Below are positions 1 to 13,611 of a stretch of 64,000 nucleotides of DNA, one piece after another (position 1 is the first letter of the stretch; every line of letters starts with the position of its first letter). The notes beneath the pieces were generated by a model. The model did not search any database, was not told the DNA's origin, and worked only from the letters and a program-made list of their open reading frames with translations. A program made the position numbers and the translations under genes. Source of the stretch: Octopus vulgaris (lineage: Eukaryota); NCBI GenBank assembly GCA_951406725.2, contig OX597836.1:1178001-1242000 (forward strand). The letters run 5' to 3'.

Positions 1-234
1 CATGTTAAGTAAATATGTCTGTCTGTCTGTCTGTCTCTGCCTGTCTATCAGTCAGTCAGTCTACCTATCTGTCTGTGTCTCCATACACACACATACATAT
101 ATACACACATGTACATACATAGATATATACACACACATATAAATACATACATAGATATATACACAAACATGTACATACATACATATATACACACACAAAA
201 CATATACATATATCTACACACATATGTACACATG

Positions 235-280
<46 letters not shown>

Positions 281-385
281 CATATATATAGATACACACA
301 CATATACATATATATATATATATATATATATGCATACATATGACATATACATAAATATATAATATATATATATACATATGAATAC

Positions 386-416
<31 letters not shown>

Positions 417-490
417 CGTATATCTGTATGTACGTATTACATTTAATATATAGAAATATGTATGCACATGCGCGCGCGCGTGTATGTGTT
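1..490. repeat. Compound microsatellite (TCTG/CA/TA/TACA)
   Basis: Direct inspection; source of the YI/HT-rich spurious ORFs. Confidence 0.95.
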
Positions 491-659
491 TGAAGCTTGT
501 TTGATCGTTTTATACAAAGTGGCTGTTGTTGATCTATGTTGGCAAGATCTATACTCTCTCGTAAAATCGATAAAACGAGTATAATGAACTTACCCTGGAA
601 AATTCAACATTTTGACCAGAGCCTAATTCAGTGAACAGTTCAAGGAACAAAAATTATTC

Positions 660-852
660 AGTTCTAAATTTAAGAGATGAGGAATTATGTACATTATTTA
701 CATTTGACAGATATCTGTCCTCATCGTTTTTGTTGCCAACACAACCTTTCGGCTGATATACCCTCCAGCCTTCATCAGGTGTTTTGGGGAAATTTTGAAC
801 CTGGGTTCTCATTTCTAAGGTATTTTTCGATGTTGTTGTTGTTACTATTATT
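660..852 (-). mobile_element. Short non-coding repeat (PLE-terminus-like) carrying a hammerhead motif; second copy at 46203-46350
   Basis: About 150 bp closely matches 46203-46350; abuts a (GTT/ATT)n tract; contains CTGATGA...GAAA on the minus strand. Confidence 0.75.
738..783 (-). ncRNA. Minimal type-I hammerhead ribozyme motif
   Basis: Minus strand: AACAC-CTGATGA-A-GGCTG-GAGGGTATAT-CAGCC-GAAA-GG-TT-GTGTT; stems I and II pair perfectly; stem III CG is GG in this copy. Confidence 0.75.
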
Positions 853-854
853 AT

Positions 855-1487
855 CTCCATCTTTCTTTAAATTTTCTTCCATTCCTCGCCGTGTGTTTTC
901 CGTACACCTAGAGCAGAGAAGCTCATTGTATGCATTCCCAGATTACACACGCAAATTCACAGGTAAAAAAATTAATAAATAAATAAATTCATGTATGGAT
1001 GTTTTCACCGCGATAATGCTCTTCTCGGTACATGAGCCGTTCCAGTTAACACGATTTTTTACACTTCCTGTAGGGATGGTAAGCCTGGTATCACTTTCAA
1101 ATAGGTTTCAGTACCTTTTTTTATCATTCCTAGAGATCCTACAATCATTGGCCCTGTAGTCGCCTTGAGAAGCCACATTTTTTAAAATTTCTACTAGCAA
1201 GTCTTTATATTTACTGACCTTGTCAAATTCTTTCGCCGCTATATTGTGATCGCAAGGAATACTCATGTCAGTTAATAAACACATCCTTTTTTTTGTCTGA
1301 TCTTTTATAATAATATCCGGTTTATTAGCTTTTATAGTTTTGTCGGTCTGTACGGGGAAGTTCCATAGAATCAACACATTTTCTCCCTCAGTCACAGCTT
1401 CAGGATGGTGTTTATACCATTTGTCAGCAGTTTTGATTTTATAATGCCTACATATTGTCCAGTTTAAATACTGGCCGACTTTGTCAT
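855..1487 (-). mobile_element. R4/Dong-like non-LTR retrotransposon 3' fragment (restriction-like endonuclease + 3' UTR), frameshifted
   Basis: ORF 1108..1527: [10 protein letters not shown]...WNFPVQTDKTIKANKPDIIIKD...DMSIPCDHNIAAKE..K..KYKDL (PD-D-K RLE motif); homologous to 42293-43084. Confidence 0.9.
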
Positions 1488-1522
1488 GTACATATATATA
1501 CGCATATATATATATATATATA

Positions 1523-1586
<64 letters not shown>

Positions 1587-1884
1587 AATATAATTAAATA
1601 TATGTATAAATATGCATATACATATATGTGTGTATATTTGCAGACCTTTACACTTACTCATACATACATATATTTGTTTACGAGTATATATATATCGTCA
1701 TCTATGGTTATGAATATATGTTACAGTATATTTCTGTGTGTCCATGTGTGAAGACTGATAAATACATTGATAGACATATAGATGGCTGCATACACACGCG
1801 CGCATGCGCACAGACACACACACACGTGTTTCCATAAATTTAGTAAATTTAAGGGAAATTGAGCAATCGTGCGAGAGAATGACG

Positions 1885-1953
1885 AAGCGAGAGAGAGAGA
1901 GAGAAATATATAGAGAGATAGAAAGAGAGAGGGAAAGAAAGGGAGAGAGAAAT

Positions 1954-1994
<41 letters not shown>

Positions 1995-2062
1995 AAGAGA
2001 GAGGGAAAGAAAGGGAGAGAGAAATGAAGAGAGAGAGAGAGAGAGAGAGATAGAGAGAGAGT
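1885..2062. repeat. (GA)n tract with a ~72-bp internal tandem duplication
   Basis: GAGATAGAAAGAGAGAGGGAAAGAAAGGGAGAGAGAAATGAAGAGA occurs twice. Confidence 0.85.
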
Positions 2063-2688
2063 GATGGAGAGAGAAGCAGGGTAATGTAAAGCACTGTTTG
2101 AGATTTTTTAAAAACAATTGTGACTTCGCAATGTTTGACGCCATTTATAAAAAAAAAGAAAAGAAAAAGACGAGGAAAAATTAAACAAAGAAGCATAAAA
2201 CAAAGAGAAAAATAGAAGAAAAACAATGAGAAAAAATATAAAAGAAGACAAAACAAAACAAAAAACAGAGAAGATGGCAGCCAAATATATTTGAATAGAG
2301 TCAAACAATGAGAAGTAATCAGAAGGCGGAGTGTCAAACTGATTGAAGATTTGGAAATAGAAAAGGGGAAAGGAAACAATTCCTAGGTAACACGCACACA
2401 GACAGACATACACGCGCACATGCATATATATACATACATGTGTGTATATATATATATATATATCTCGTACATACACACACACATATATGTATATATACTG
2501 TACATATGCATATACATACGTATATATGTGTACATGTTTATGTATGTATATATACGTATATATGTGTTTATATAGGTACATTCACACGCATAGACACACA
2601 CCTGCGTGCATACATTCTTCCATACATTACAACCTATATACATACATCCATGCTTGTATAGATGTATATATACATTTCATATACAAAT

Positions 2689-2741
<53 letters not shown>

Positions 2742-3183
2742 CATACATATATATACACACATGCATTTCTCTATATGTATAGGTGCATATATAAGATGTA
2801 TACGTACCGACAAATATATACATACGGATATGCATACGCACGCATGTATGTATATTTATATACACCTATATATATTTATACAAATAAAATTATTATATCC
2901 GCGCCAGCTTCTAAAGGAAAATTCTAATAAAGGCTTTTCTACAAAATTGGAAAAATGGAATCTAATAAAACAATAAAAAAGATATAAATATAAAAAAAAT
3001 ATAAATTTGGGAACTGAATTTAAAACAACGAATCTTTGGGCAAAAAAACTATATCAGGACATAAACGATTGCAGCAAATATACGATTGATAAATCAAAAT
3101 GTATTATTGAAATAAGAGCAAGAAATAAAAGAATGAGATGAAGAAAAAGACGAGGAGAAAGAAGAAGGGAAAGAATGGAACAT

Positions 3184-3215
<32 letters not shown>

Positions 3216-4252
3216 TTTGGTGCAACGCAAAGTAAAACATAAAGAGTATCACTAGAAAAATTTGTGATGTAAATTTAATAACAAGTTGCCGTGTGGTGAG
3301 GAAAGACGGAAGAAAGAAAGACGGAGAAAAAAGGAAAGGAAGAAATATGGAAAGAGAGAAGAAGAAGGCTCCACCATTCATACACACACACATCTCCCTC
3401 TTCATATATATATATATACACACATATACAAGGCACGAAGACATAAGGTCGAAATATAATGCTTTACAATGTTGGATCTTACGTCTTGGAGTTGGTGAAA
3501 ATTTTCCAGACAGAAGGAAGTTAATTGAAACGATGTTTCCGCTGGCTTTATTATCAACCTCTGTTCCCAATCTGCGAAAGGAGACTGATGAAGCTTTCTC
3601 TATTAATTTATGATTTCAAGACAAAATTTGATTCAAACCAAACACTCATCCCGCCACTCACCTGCCACTCTTTGAATGCGCCATATTAGTTAATGCACGT
3701 AGACTGATAGAAAATAGAGTTTGTCTGAAAAGACGGGATGGTCATGGCGCAGAATGACTTGGGTGATACAGCTGTAGGATCGAGGATGACCAAGACCTAA
3801 GCAACGAGTACAACGACAAAAGATTTCTTATCTGTAATTTTATGGTGTTAAGTAAGTAGTGATCGTGTAATATAAAAAAAAGAAATATTTATACGGGGAG
3901 AGAGAAGGATTATGCTTCGACAAGATTCTCAATTAACTTGTAAAGGCTGTAGTTTAAAAAGAATGTTTAATCATTAGAAAACAAATTTATTTTCATGATC
4001 ATCATTATGATAATATTCATCTCCGTCAGTGTAGCCACCATCATCAACATAGAAATGATGCCGGTCATACGGTAATGCCTGCATGCGACAACCTCCTGTC
4101 TGCATATACTTGACTTTTTCACATTCCACCTGTTAATTATGTATAATTATGATGATTACGTAATTGCAAGATCCCCGATGAAGCTACCAAGGGAATACGC
4201 CGTGCATTCTCCGTGTAAAAGTAATTTTATTTGTCAATATATTACTGGTATT

Positions 4253-4430
4253 AAGGTAGCAAGCTGGCTGAATCGTTAGCATACCAGGTAAAATACTTAG
4301 CGGCATTTCGTCCATTTCTACGTTCTGAGTTCAAATTCCGCCGAGGTGGACTTTATCTTTCATAACTTCGGGGTCGATTAAATAAGTACCAGTTGAAGAC
4401 TGGGATCGATCTAATCGACTTATCCCCTGC
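4253..4430 (+). mobile_element. tRNA-headed SINE, family 1
   Basis: A-box-like TGGCTGAATCGTTAG, B-box GAGTTCAAATTCC and body TTCGGGGTCGAT..AAGTACCAG shared with more than 10 copies in the window. Confidence 0.85.
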
Positions 4431-4684
4431 TACTGTTTCATATCATTCACCTCTCTTTCTCTCTCTCTCTCTCACACATATCGATCGTCCGCATCCCTTA
4501 ATTTTCTTTTGCATTCCCTTATGTCACTTTTCTTTCCCTCTCTCACTTTTGTCTTTCTTTTCCCACTATATCCTAACCCTCTCTCTCTCTCTCTGTATCA
4601 CTATCCTTCCACCCCACCTTTTTCTGCGCTCCTTCTCCCACCTATTTCTATTTAGTTTCACAAATGAATAAAATATCACTTTCA

Positions 4685-4870
4685 GATTTTAGCACAAGGC
4701 CAGCAATTACATCGATCCAAAACTCAACTGGTACCTATTTTATCGACCCCCAAAAGGTTGAAAGGGAAAGTGGCCTCGGAGGAATTTGAACTCAAAACGG
4801 AAAGACAGACGAAATGCTGCTAAGCATGTAACCCCTCGTGATAACGATTCTACCATTTCCTCGCTGCCAA
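4685..4870 (-). mobile_element. SINE family 1
   Basis: Reverse complement of the family-1 consensus (GGTACC..TTTATCGACCCC..AAAGG..GAAAGG..GGAATTTGAACTCA). Confidence 0.8.
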
Positions 4871-5587
4871 TAAAATTACTACGAAACATGATGCAAGAAC
4901 AAAAATGGAAGAGAAATAGAAGAAATAAACCGCTCATGGCACGCAAACACACACACACACACACACACATGCGCGCACACATAGCAATACATATACACAA
5001 CCATACATACGCACACAGACGTCAACGCACAAACACATTGAGGAGCCATACGCAAAAACACCTCCGCATTTATACACACACAACCACACAAGCAGTTACT
5101 CAGTTGAAACAGAGATACTTGCGAAGGGACGCAGGCGCCAAAACACAAAGACGCAAATGCAGCAGGAAAAGTTAATGATATAGAAAAAAAAAGACAAAAA
5201 AAAAACAAAATAAAAACATGCAGATCGTATTAAAAAAAAAGTTGCATCAAGAAAGAAGAAGGGAAAAATGTACCAAAATTAGAAGTTGAAGAATAAAACT
5301 AATATAAAACCAATATTCAATAAAATGTATAAAGTTCAGTGGAATGATGCTCCGATATAAAATCGAAACCTCTAAGACGAGATGATGATTGGATTCCGAA
5401 CATGGCAAAGGTGTAAAATAGCCAACGTTTGATGTCTTGTAGTTATTGGAGAAAGAAAGAAAATAAAAGAAAACGGGAAAAAGGAAAAAAAAAAAAAAAT
5501 GAACTGAAGCAGTATAAAGCAGATTAACGTTAAAATATATAAGCCGAGTGAAATTGTAGCATTGATATATATATGCACAGGTGCGTA

Positions 5588-5627
<40 letters not shown>

Positions 5628-5879
5628 ACCCATATATTTACGTATATGTGCGCGGTGTGGTGCTTTGAAGTACAAACGATTCCATTTAACAGCATTCTCT
5701 CTATTCTCTCTACTTATTCTAATATAAGAATGTGACGCTCAGATTACGCTCTAATGATAAGGTCAAATAAGGCCGGAACAGGCTCAGTTTTGTCAGCCTA
5801 TTTTATCATAAACCTGTCTAACTTCTTACCGTATTGTGTTTTTAATGAATATAATTAAAATTAAAATAAATCCCATTAA

Positions 5880-6180
5880 AAAGCCGGACAAAATGCTTAA
5901 CAGTATTTCGTCTTGACGTTCTCAGTTCAAGTGTTGCCGCAGTCGATTTGCATTTCTTCCTTTCGGGGTCGATAAAATATGTCGGAGTTTAACATTGAGA
6001 TCGAGAAAATCAATTTAAGCCCTCCCCTGAAATTGCTGGCGCTGTGTAAAAATGTGCAGCCAGGTCTTTGAGATGGCAGAATCGTTTGCGCGCTGCACAA
6101 AACGCTTAGCGGCGCTTCGTCCGCCTTTACGTTCCGAATCCAAATTCCACCGAGGTCTCTTGCCTTTATTCCATTCGTAT
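5880..6180 (+). mobile_element. Two tandem degenerate SINE family-1 fragments
   Basis: CGTTCTCAGTTCAAG...CCTTTCGGGGTCGATAAA followed by TGGCAGAATCGTT...CAAATTCCACCGAGGTC. Confidence 0.7.
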
Positions 6181-6515
6181 TCAATAAAACAAACAATGTT
6201 GCATGCAACAGGAGTCCCTAGGCAGTTCGAACTCGAGTTTTCCTTTTATCGTCCACTCAATGTTCCATTTATTTTTTTGTTTCAGATGTTGTTGTTTAAC
6301 CCAAAGTCTGTCCTGGTTGAGCAGGCATTTTCTGCAAAACATTCCATCTGTGACCATCTCATCTGTTATATAAATGTTAGAACTACATTTGCTAGCGATT
6401 CCTTTTATTTTATTTTAATCTTCAGAATGGAATTGATATTTTACCGAAGTTGGTCATTATTAACAACCTATCAAACAATCACAAAGACGATCCTTGCAGT
6501 ATTCATGAGACAATG

Positions 6516-6557
6516 GTTCGCTGATGAGGTCTGATAAAACCGAAACAAGTTCCGAAC
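6516..6557 (+). ncRNA. Minimal type-I hammerhead ribozyme motif
   Basis: GTTCG-CTGATGA-GGT-CTGATAAA-ACC-GAAA-CAAGTTC-CGAAC; stem I GTTCG/CGAAC, stem II GGT/ACC. Confidence 0.65.
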
Positions 6558-6804
6558 TATCCCTGTAATACCGAAGAACGAATCCATTGCACCATTGCAT
6601 ACTATTTTTAATTACTTTTAATTAATCAAAATTCCGAGTTACCTACCTTGATGTCTTTGGCTTGCAGTAAGCTAAGTCGTTTAGAATAATTCGCTTCCTT
6701 ATTAGTATTGACGAGATAATAACTAATTGAGATTGTCATTAATTGACACTTCTCGCGTCACTGTGTTGAATATGTTAGCGTCTGCATACCCTCCACCTCC
6801 CACC

Positions 6805-6862
<58 letters not shown>

Positions 6863-6869
<7 letters not shown>

Positions 6870-7299
6870 CACCTTCGTAACCAGTGCTCAAATAACCGGA
6901 ACGCTCAAGCAATCAGCATCAGAAATTGATAAAGAAAATGTGTTGTTAATTAGAGTTAAGAGAATTTGTGCTAATTTGTATTAATTAACAGTCATTACAA
7001 GAAAGTCTCTCCTGTATCTAAAATGGATCTCCGCTTCCGTCAGTAAAATGTTTTATTTTACTGCATTTACGGTTCCTGTGTTTTGTTTGCGAAAATTCTT
7101 TACTTTCATTCAACTTTTATTCCTTCCTCTTTCTATTATTTTCGAAATATTAATGGTAAAACTGGTGACTATACAGAGAGTGTTATTGAGTTTCATAAAG
7201 TGCTCTGGTATTCTGAATGGCGATGATCAGATATCTGGAAAATTCAGTTATCCGGAAAACCTCAGGTCCGACAGGTGCTGGATAAGAGACTGTTTACTT
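6863..7299. mobile_element. pogo/Tigger-like MITE
   Basis: Left end CAGTAAACACCTTCGTAACCAG, right end CTGGATAAGAGACTGTTTACT (imperfect TIR); internal TAACCGGA/TATCCGGA subterminal motifs. Confidence 0.55.
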
Positions 7300-8142
7300 T
7301 GAGTGTGAGCCTGTGTGTGTGAGCCTGTGTGTGTGTGTGTGTGTGTGTCTCATCCCACACCTTGTTTACAAGAAGGGATCTGATAACGTTGTTCTTCGAC
7401 AGGATAATAAGCAAGAATCATCTTGAACACATTTATGTAAACAATTGTTAAATCTCTCTTTTCTAACTGTAACATGACATATTCAATATAGAGAATCTTT
7501 CACGTGACCTTTTGGCACGTCTGTCACAAGACCTTGATCGATGAATGTTGACCAATCAATTTATACGTTAACAGCGTTCTCAGCAACATTTACTTCTTTA
7601 AAAAATAAAGTATTTTAATGTTAACGATCAAAAGAGACATAATTCGTGACACAGCTCCATATTAGTAAACACTTTTGAAAATCTAATGTGAAACCGGTAA
7701 AATAGATTCCGATATTTTAAAACATAATTAAATTCTAATTAATTCTAATATATACTCAGTATATTTGCATCTTCATTTCTCTATTCCTCCACTTGCTTAG
7801 ATTAATAACTTCTCCCGTCCCTCCCCCTCTCTCTCCATATGTATATATTATATATATATATATATATATGTAATTTTCATCTGCCTATTACCTCAATACA
7901 CTTGACTAATATAGGCAGAATGAGATACTTTTATCTATGGGCTGATACAGCTGTAAGTTATTTTACTAATTTATATTCATGTTTTTTTAAATAATTACTT
8001 GTATCCTTATCTTATATGCAAAGAATAATATGCTATATGTATGTATGTTATTATAATTATCAGTTTAATAAATAAATAAGTTAACATTTTAATGTCCTAA
8101 AGTTGATGAACCTACTATTGTTCTCCTCCATGTTCTTATTTG

Positions 8143-8207
<65 letters not shown>

Positions 8208-11200
8208 TGTTTCTATGTGTGATCATGTATGTATATAGCATATGCTTTTCGAAATATACTGTTTCAAATAAGAATTATTTTGTTTTCGCTCGAAAGATTA
8301 TGAATTTATGACAATATATATATATATATATACATATTGTATCCTCTGTCTTGAAATGTCGTGATACCACCATGATACTGTGACGGATGGTTTAGATACA
8401 CTCTAACAGTAAACAAGATAACACAGCTGTAATAACAACGATCTAACAATCTCTTCACAAACCAACAATCAATATTCCAAATGAACAAACCAACCAACAC
8501 CTTCCAACCTCACTGTGAACTCAACTCGAACTAACACACAAACTTCACTCCAATCACTACTATTTGTAATCGCTTGGTCCAGTCTATTTCTTGCAAGGGG
8601 GTGTGGTGATTCTCATCGCATTAATATATGCATGTATACACGTGTAGATACATACATGATTTTTTGCGCGCGATGGGTTGTGAAGATGTAAATATAATTG
8701 TGGAAAAGATAAGAATTGGATTAATGAGAAGGCTCGTCATATTCTTAAACTGCAACTTCTTAATTTGGATAAAATAGAGAAGCAGAAGAAGGGTTGGCTG
8801 CAAGAATCACATCGTACGAAAGAGTAAAACATGGACAAAAGATTGACCAAACAATTGTGGGAGAAAGCAACTCATATGTAATATTCCATTTAGATTTTGA
8901 AATTATAAGATAATACGTCTTTACGGCTGTTTCAAAGTTATGTTGGCTGTTTGATGTTACACTCTTTATTATTCAAAGTCGCATGAAACAAATTACATGA
9001 ATGTCTTCAACCTAGAAACGTCGAATATGTTAGCCTTGAAGAAGAGTGACAAATGCGATTTCTATAGTATGAAACCACATGTTTAGGATAACACGAGGAC
9101 ATAAATAAAAAGGAAGAAGAGGAAGATAGATACTAAGCGGTGAATACGAGAAAAGAGTAGGGAACACGATGGGGTAGAGAAAAATTATATTAGTAAAAAG
9201 GAGGAGACAGGTGTCGAAAAAGAAAGAGAAATACAGGAATAAAAAGGAAAATAAAGAAAAACAAACGGAAGTGGCCATTCTGTCGGTTTGAGAACTTGTA
9301 ATGTCAAAGACTGGTTGTAGAGAAGGGAGTTGAAAGGGAATCAGTTAAAAGGGAAGTAGGAATGGCAAATGAAATAGCCCCTTTCTGCGCAGAAGAGGTT
9401 GTGCCGCGTTCTGTTTTTCAGCTGATACAGAGTAAGTGTCTAAAAGCGTAGATAAGAATGAGACTGATGCTGTGAGAAAACTATAAAATATGAAGAGACA
9501 TAAAGATGCAAATATAGAAGGATGGACAAAGAAAAAAAAATCAATTACATAACAGTAAATAAATGTATACATAAAATCTGAAATAGATAAAAGCAAGTGA
9601 AAGACTGTCAGATTGCTATGGAAGCTTATGAATACGAAAGGTCGATCAGGGAATGCAGGATGGATGGCAGAAAAGAGAATGTCTTGACGGAAGAATGATA
9701 TTACTTCACACTGTTTGTTAAGAAGATACAAAATCTCACGTCGTATCTGAAGGCATTCGCTGCTGCACAGATTCACGTCGTCCGCTTCATTCTTAGCGTC
9801 CGTCGCTGAATTTTCAAACAGCTGCAATGGTTTTATGTTCATCTTGCAATTTGGATATGTATATATTTAACAGCACATATAACCAAGAACCACTCATAAC
9901 TGAACATATTATAATCTCTTAATATATTATTGGTGTCAGTCAGTGGTGAACGGCGATATTAGTGTAACATCTTAAAGGTTTAATGGATCATATCAACATC
10001 ATTACTTATTTTATTCTGCTAGGTATTTAGTCGAGGTGTGGGTGCAGAACATAAGGGGTCCCACAGCATAAACACAGCTATGCATGAATGCACACAAGGC
10101 ACTCACACAATGTTTGAGGAAGGCAATCACAAAATATAATTCGTGTGGCAAGGCATTAGAACGCCTTTTCTGAAATCGCTGAACCATGTAAATCATTTGC
10201 ATGTACCCGGTGACAGGGTGGAGGTGAATGAATGTTATGAAAAAGGAAGCAGAAGATACGAAGGAAAGTTGGAAAGGGAGAAGACCAGATATGTTCAAGC
10301 GACCCAATGGGATCTCAGGTTGTTATATGGCTTATATTAATGGTGAAAGGAATCTTGAAGCTGCTTGTGTAAAAGAGATAACTCTTGTTGTAGTATTTGA
10401 CCGAAAAAAAAACAATAAAACAGCTGTATTTTCCTTTATGTGATACAACGAAAATACCGAATGTGAGTTGCACTTGCGACATCTTCTTGAAAGACTTCCC
10501 CACTCTCACGGCTTCACTCAAATCTCTCATGAGTGTTATATTGGTGAACGTGACAGCGAAACGCCTCATCCTTCCACTCACTTTCGTTTTATTTCTACCG
10601 TTCTCCACGCTGTACTAACCAATTGTAATTCTCCTATTTCTGCACTATCGCCTTACTATGGCAGCATATAAGTAAACGGAAATGATTTTATGCGTTCACA
10701 CATGTGTATGTATGTATGTATGTATGTATGTATGTATGTATGTATGTATGTATGTATGTATGTGTGTGTGTGTGCATATGTGTAGACGTTAAAATATGGC
10801 TTACAAGAAAGGATTACTTCAAAAGAAAAAAATCTCGATAAAGAATTCGAGAATTTGAACTGGACGAAGGCGAATTCTAAAGAAATGGACCTAAAATTAT
10901 TGCATTATAACAATACCTGTCCCATATTTCTGTATTTCTCTTCTTGTCTTACGTTCCATTTTAATAGTCTAAAAAATTATAATTAACAAGTAATATAAAC
11001 CGAGGTATACAGATGCTACAAGCAATGTTATAAATTGCATAGAACTATTTCTAAGCTACCACAATGAGCAGGTCCACCACCATCAATATTTGGAAAAGTG
11101 GGACGCAGCAAAATATTGGTGCTACGTGCAACGACGCACGGGCAAAAGCGGTTCATTTACAAGATCATTATAAATTTACTACGTCTTGGAAGACCTAAGT

Positions 11201-11270
11201 GGTATCTATGTTGCTTGCGCAAGATTACAAAGTTAGCGTTTCGATATGTGTGTGTGTGTGTGTGTATACA

Positions 11271-11331
<61 letters not shown>

Positions 11332-11679
11332 GCATACAAATATGCACATACACACACACACATGCATACAAATATGCACATACATAAATATATAAACGCA
11401 TGCATAGGGGCATACTAAATCGATAGAGGCATACATAGGTAGACTGATATATCGAGGGTTAGAAAGATATTTTCTCTCCCGACTATTATAATTGCAAATG
11501 GCGGATGTGGCAAGGGAATTAACCGCGATAGCCTATGGAAACTATTAAATGGAGATTTTGCTTCAAACAGTCTCTTTGATCTGCACGATGTAATGAGAAT
11601 TTTATCTGCCTTACCCGCTTCTCTAATACCAGCTTTTCAATTCAATTCTTTCACAACTGAGATTCTACAGAGCTCATAT

Positions 11680-11710
<31 letters not shown>

Positions 11711-12359
11711 GCATGTAGGAGAGAGTATAAAAGAGCGATATAATATGCATGTAGACGTGTATAAACGTATATTTATACATATACAATACATACATAGATA
11801 TATACATACATGCATACATACATACACACAAATATATATATATATATATACGCATATATACACATACAAACGTACACATACATATGTGCATATCAGTACT
11901 AGTACATGTACACACAAAAACACACCGGCACACACATGTACGTATGCATGCTTATGCAAGTATGTATGTATAAATATGTCTGTGTGCATATTGGTGTGTA
12001 GGCGTATATGTGTAAACATGTATGCGTATAAGTACATATGTAGGTATTTAAATACACACGCATACACACACATATACCTGTGTGTACATGTATCCTTCTC
12101 TATATGTACATGAATTACATATATATGCGTACGTGTGTATATATAAGTGTATATATTTTAAGTGTGTATATGCACATCTTCTTTATATATGCACAAAACC
12201 CGAACATCCGTGCATCCATGCACCACATACGGGTGGTTCTCTATGGTTATAGGAAAATAGACTGATGAACAGATCAGCGGAATCATTATATCTGCAATAT
12301 TTAGTTACGAAAGCGCATACACATAGGCACACTGACACACTCTCACGCGCGCACGTGTA

Positions 12360-12415
<56 letters not shown>

Positions 12416-12417
12416 AT

Positions 12418-12459
<42 letters not shown>

Positions 12460-12490
12460 ATATATTTTTATATAATAATATAATACTTAA

Positions 12491-12529
<39 letters not shown>

Positions 12530-12598
12530 CTGAGGGAATATTATTCCTAACTTACAGGGAAAAATTCAATTTAGAAATACTAAATGAAATTTCACAAA

Positions 12599-12631
<33 letters not shown>

Positions 12632-12832
12632 AAATTAGAAAAAACCCACCTTTTATAAGTTCAAAATAAACAAATAAGTTACATCATCTAGAAAATTACA
12701 TATAATAGAAATATTAAAATTAAAATTTGGTACATATACCAAATATATGTTTTTATTATTATTTTGCAATTTACTTAATCATTGGTATATTATTGTTATT
12801 TTAATTTTAATATTTCTATTATATGTTTTCAC

Positions 12833-12863
<31 letters not shown>

Positions 12864-13222
12864 TTCTCTGTGTGCGTATCTGCGTATCTATCTATCTATC
12901 TAGGCATGTATGCATGCATTCGGGTGTATATATGTGTGTATATGTGTGAGAGTGTTCGTATTTATGTATAAGTTTATGTTTACACCCAAGACGGAAGTTT
13001 TCTCATTTCAGCGATAGAATATAAATATTTACTTTAGCCTTAAGAATCTCCTCTTTTGCCATTTAGTTGTCTTCGAGTGATTCCGTTCACAGAACTAATA
13101 TCTGAAGCAACGTCCGTCTAATATTTGTTGCGAAGACAAGATGCTTGGTCTGTTACCGAAGTTGAAGTTAGTAAATAGAAAATATGAGCGTCTGTGTGTG
13201 TGTGTGTGTGTGAATCTATCTG

Positions 13223-13263
<41 letters not shown>

Positions 13264-13611
13264 ACACCCACGCACGTACACACACACAGCAATATAACTA
13301 CGCGTGTGCTCTTGGCGACTTCTTTTCCTCCTTTGGACATTTTCCCTTCTCCTTTCTCATTTCAATGAGCATCATTCTAATACATTTCTTATGCACGTCC
13401 TCATGTTGTCCATTTTCGTTTATTTGAACTGTTTGTCTATTTGAATTGAATACACACACACACACACACCCTTTAAGTTGGTTTACAGGAAATGTGTTTG
13501 AGTTCGCACGTATAATCTTCTACCTTCTTATTCCGACTACGGCCCTCTAATTCCAACTTGCCTCAGCATACATGTAGAAATCCTAGTTTTAATCAATTCA
13601 TAAATATGTTA

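Noticed and set aside
4170-4230. CCGATGAAGCTAC possible hammerhead core
   Set aside because: No matching stem II partner or GAAA segment downstream.
8335-8622. Possible solo LTR-like segment
   Set aside because: No second copy, PBS/PPT or clear TSD found.
9345-10890. Possible minus-strand exons (MNIKPLQLF..., ENGRNKTKV..., SISLEFAF...)
   Set aside because: Splice phases are inconsistent, acceptors are weak and the peptides are unrecognised; cannot be called as CDS.
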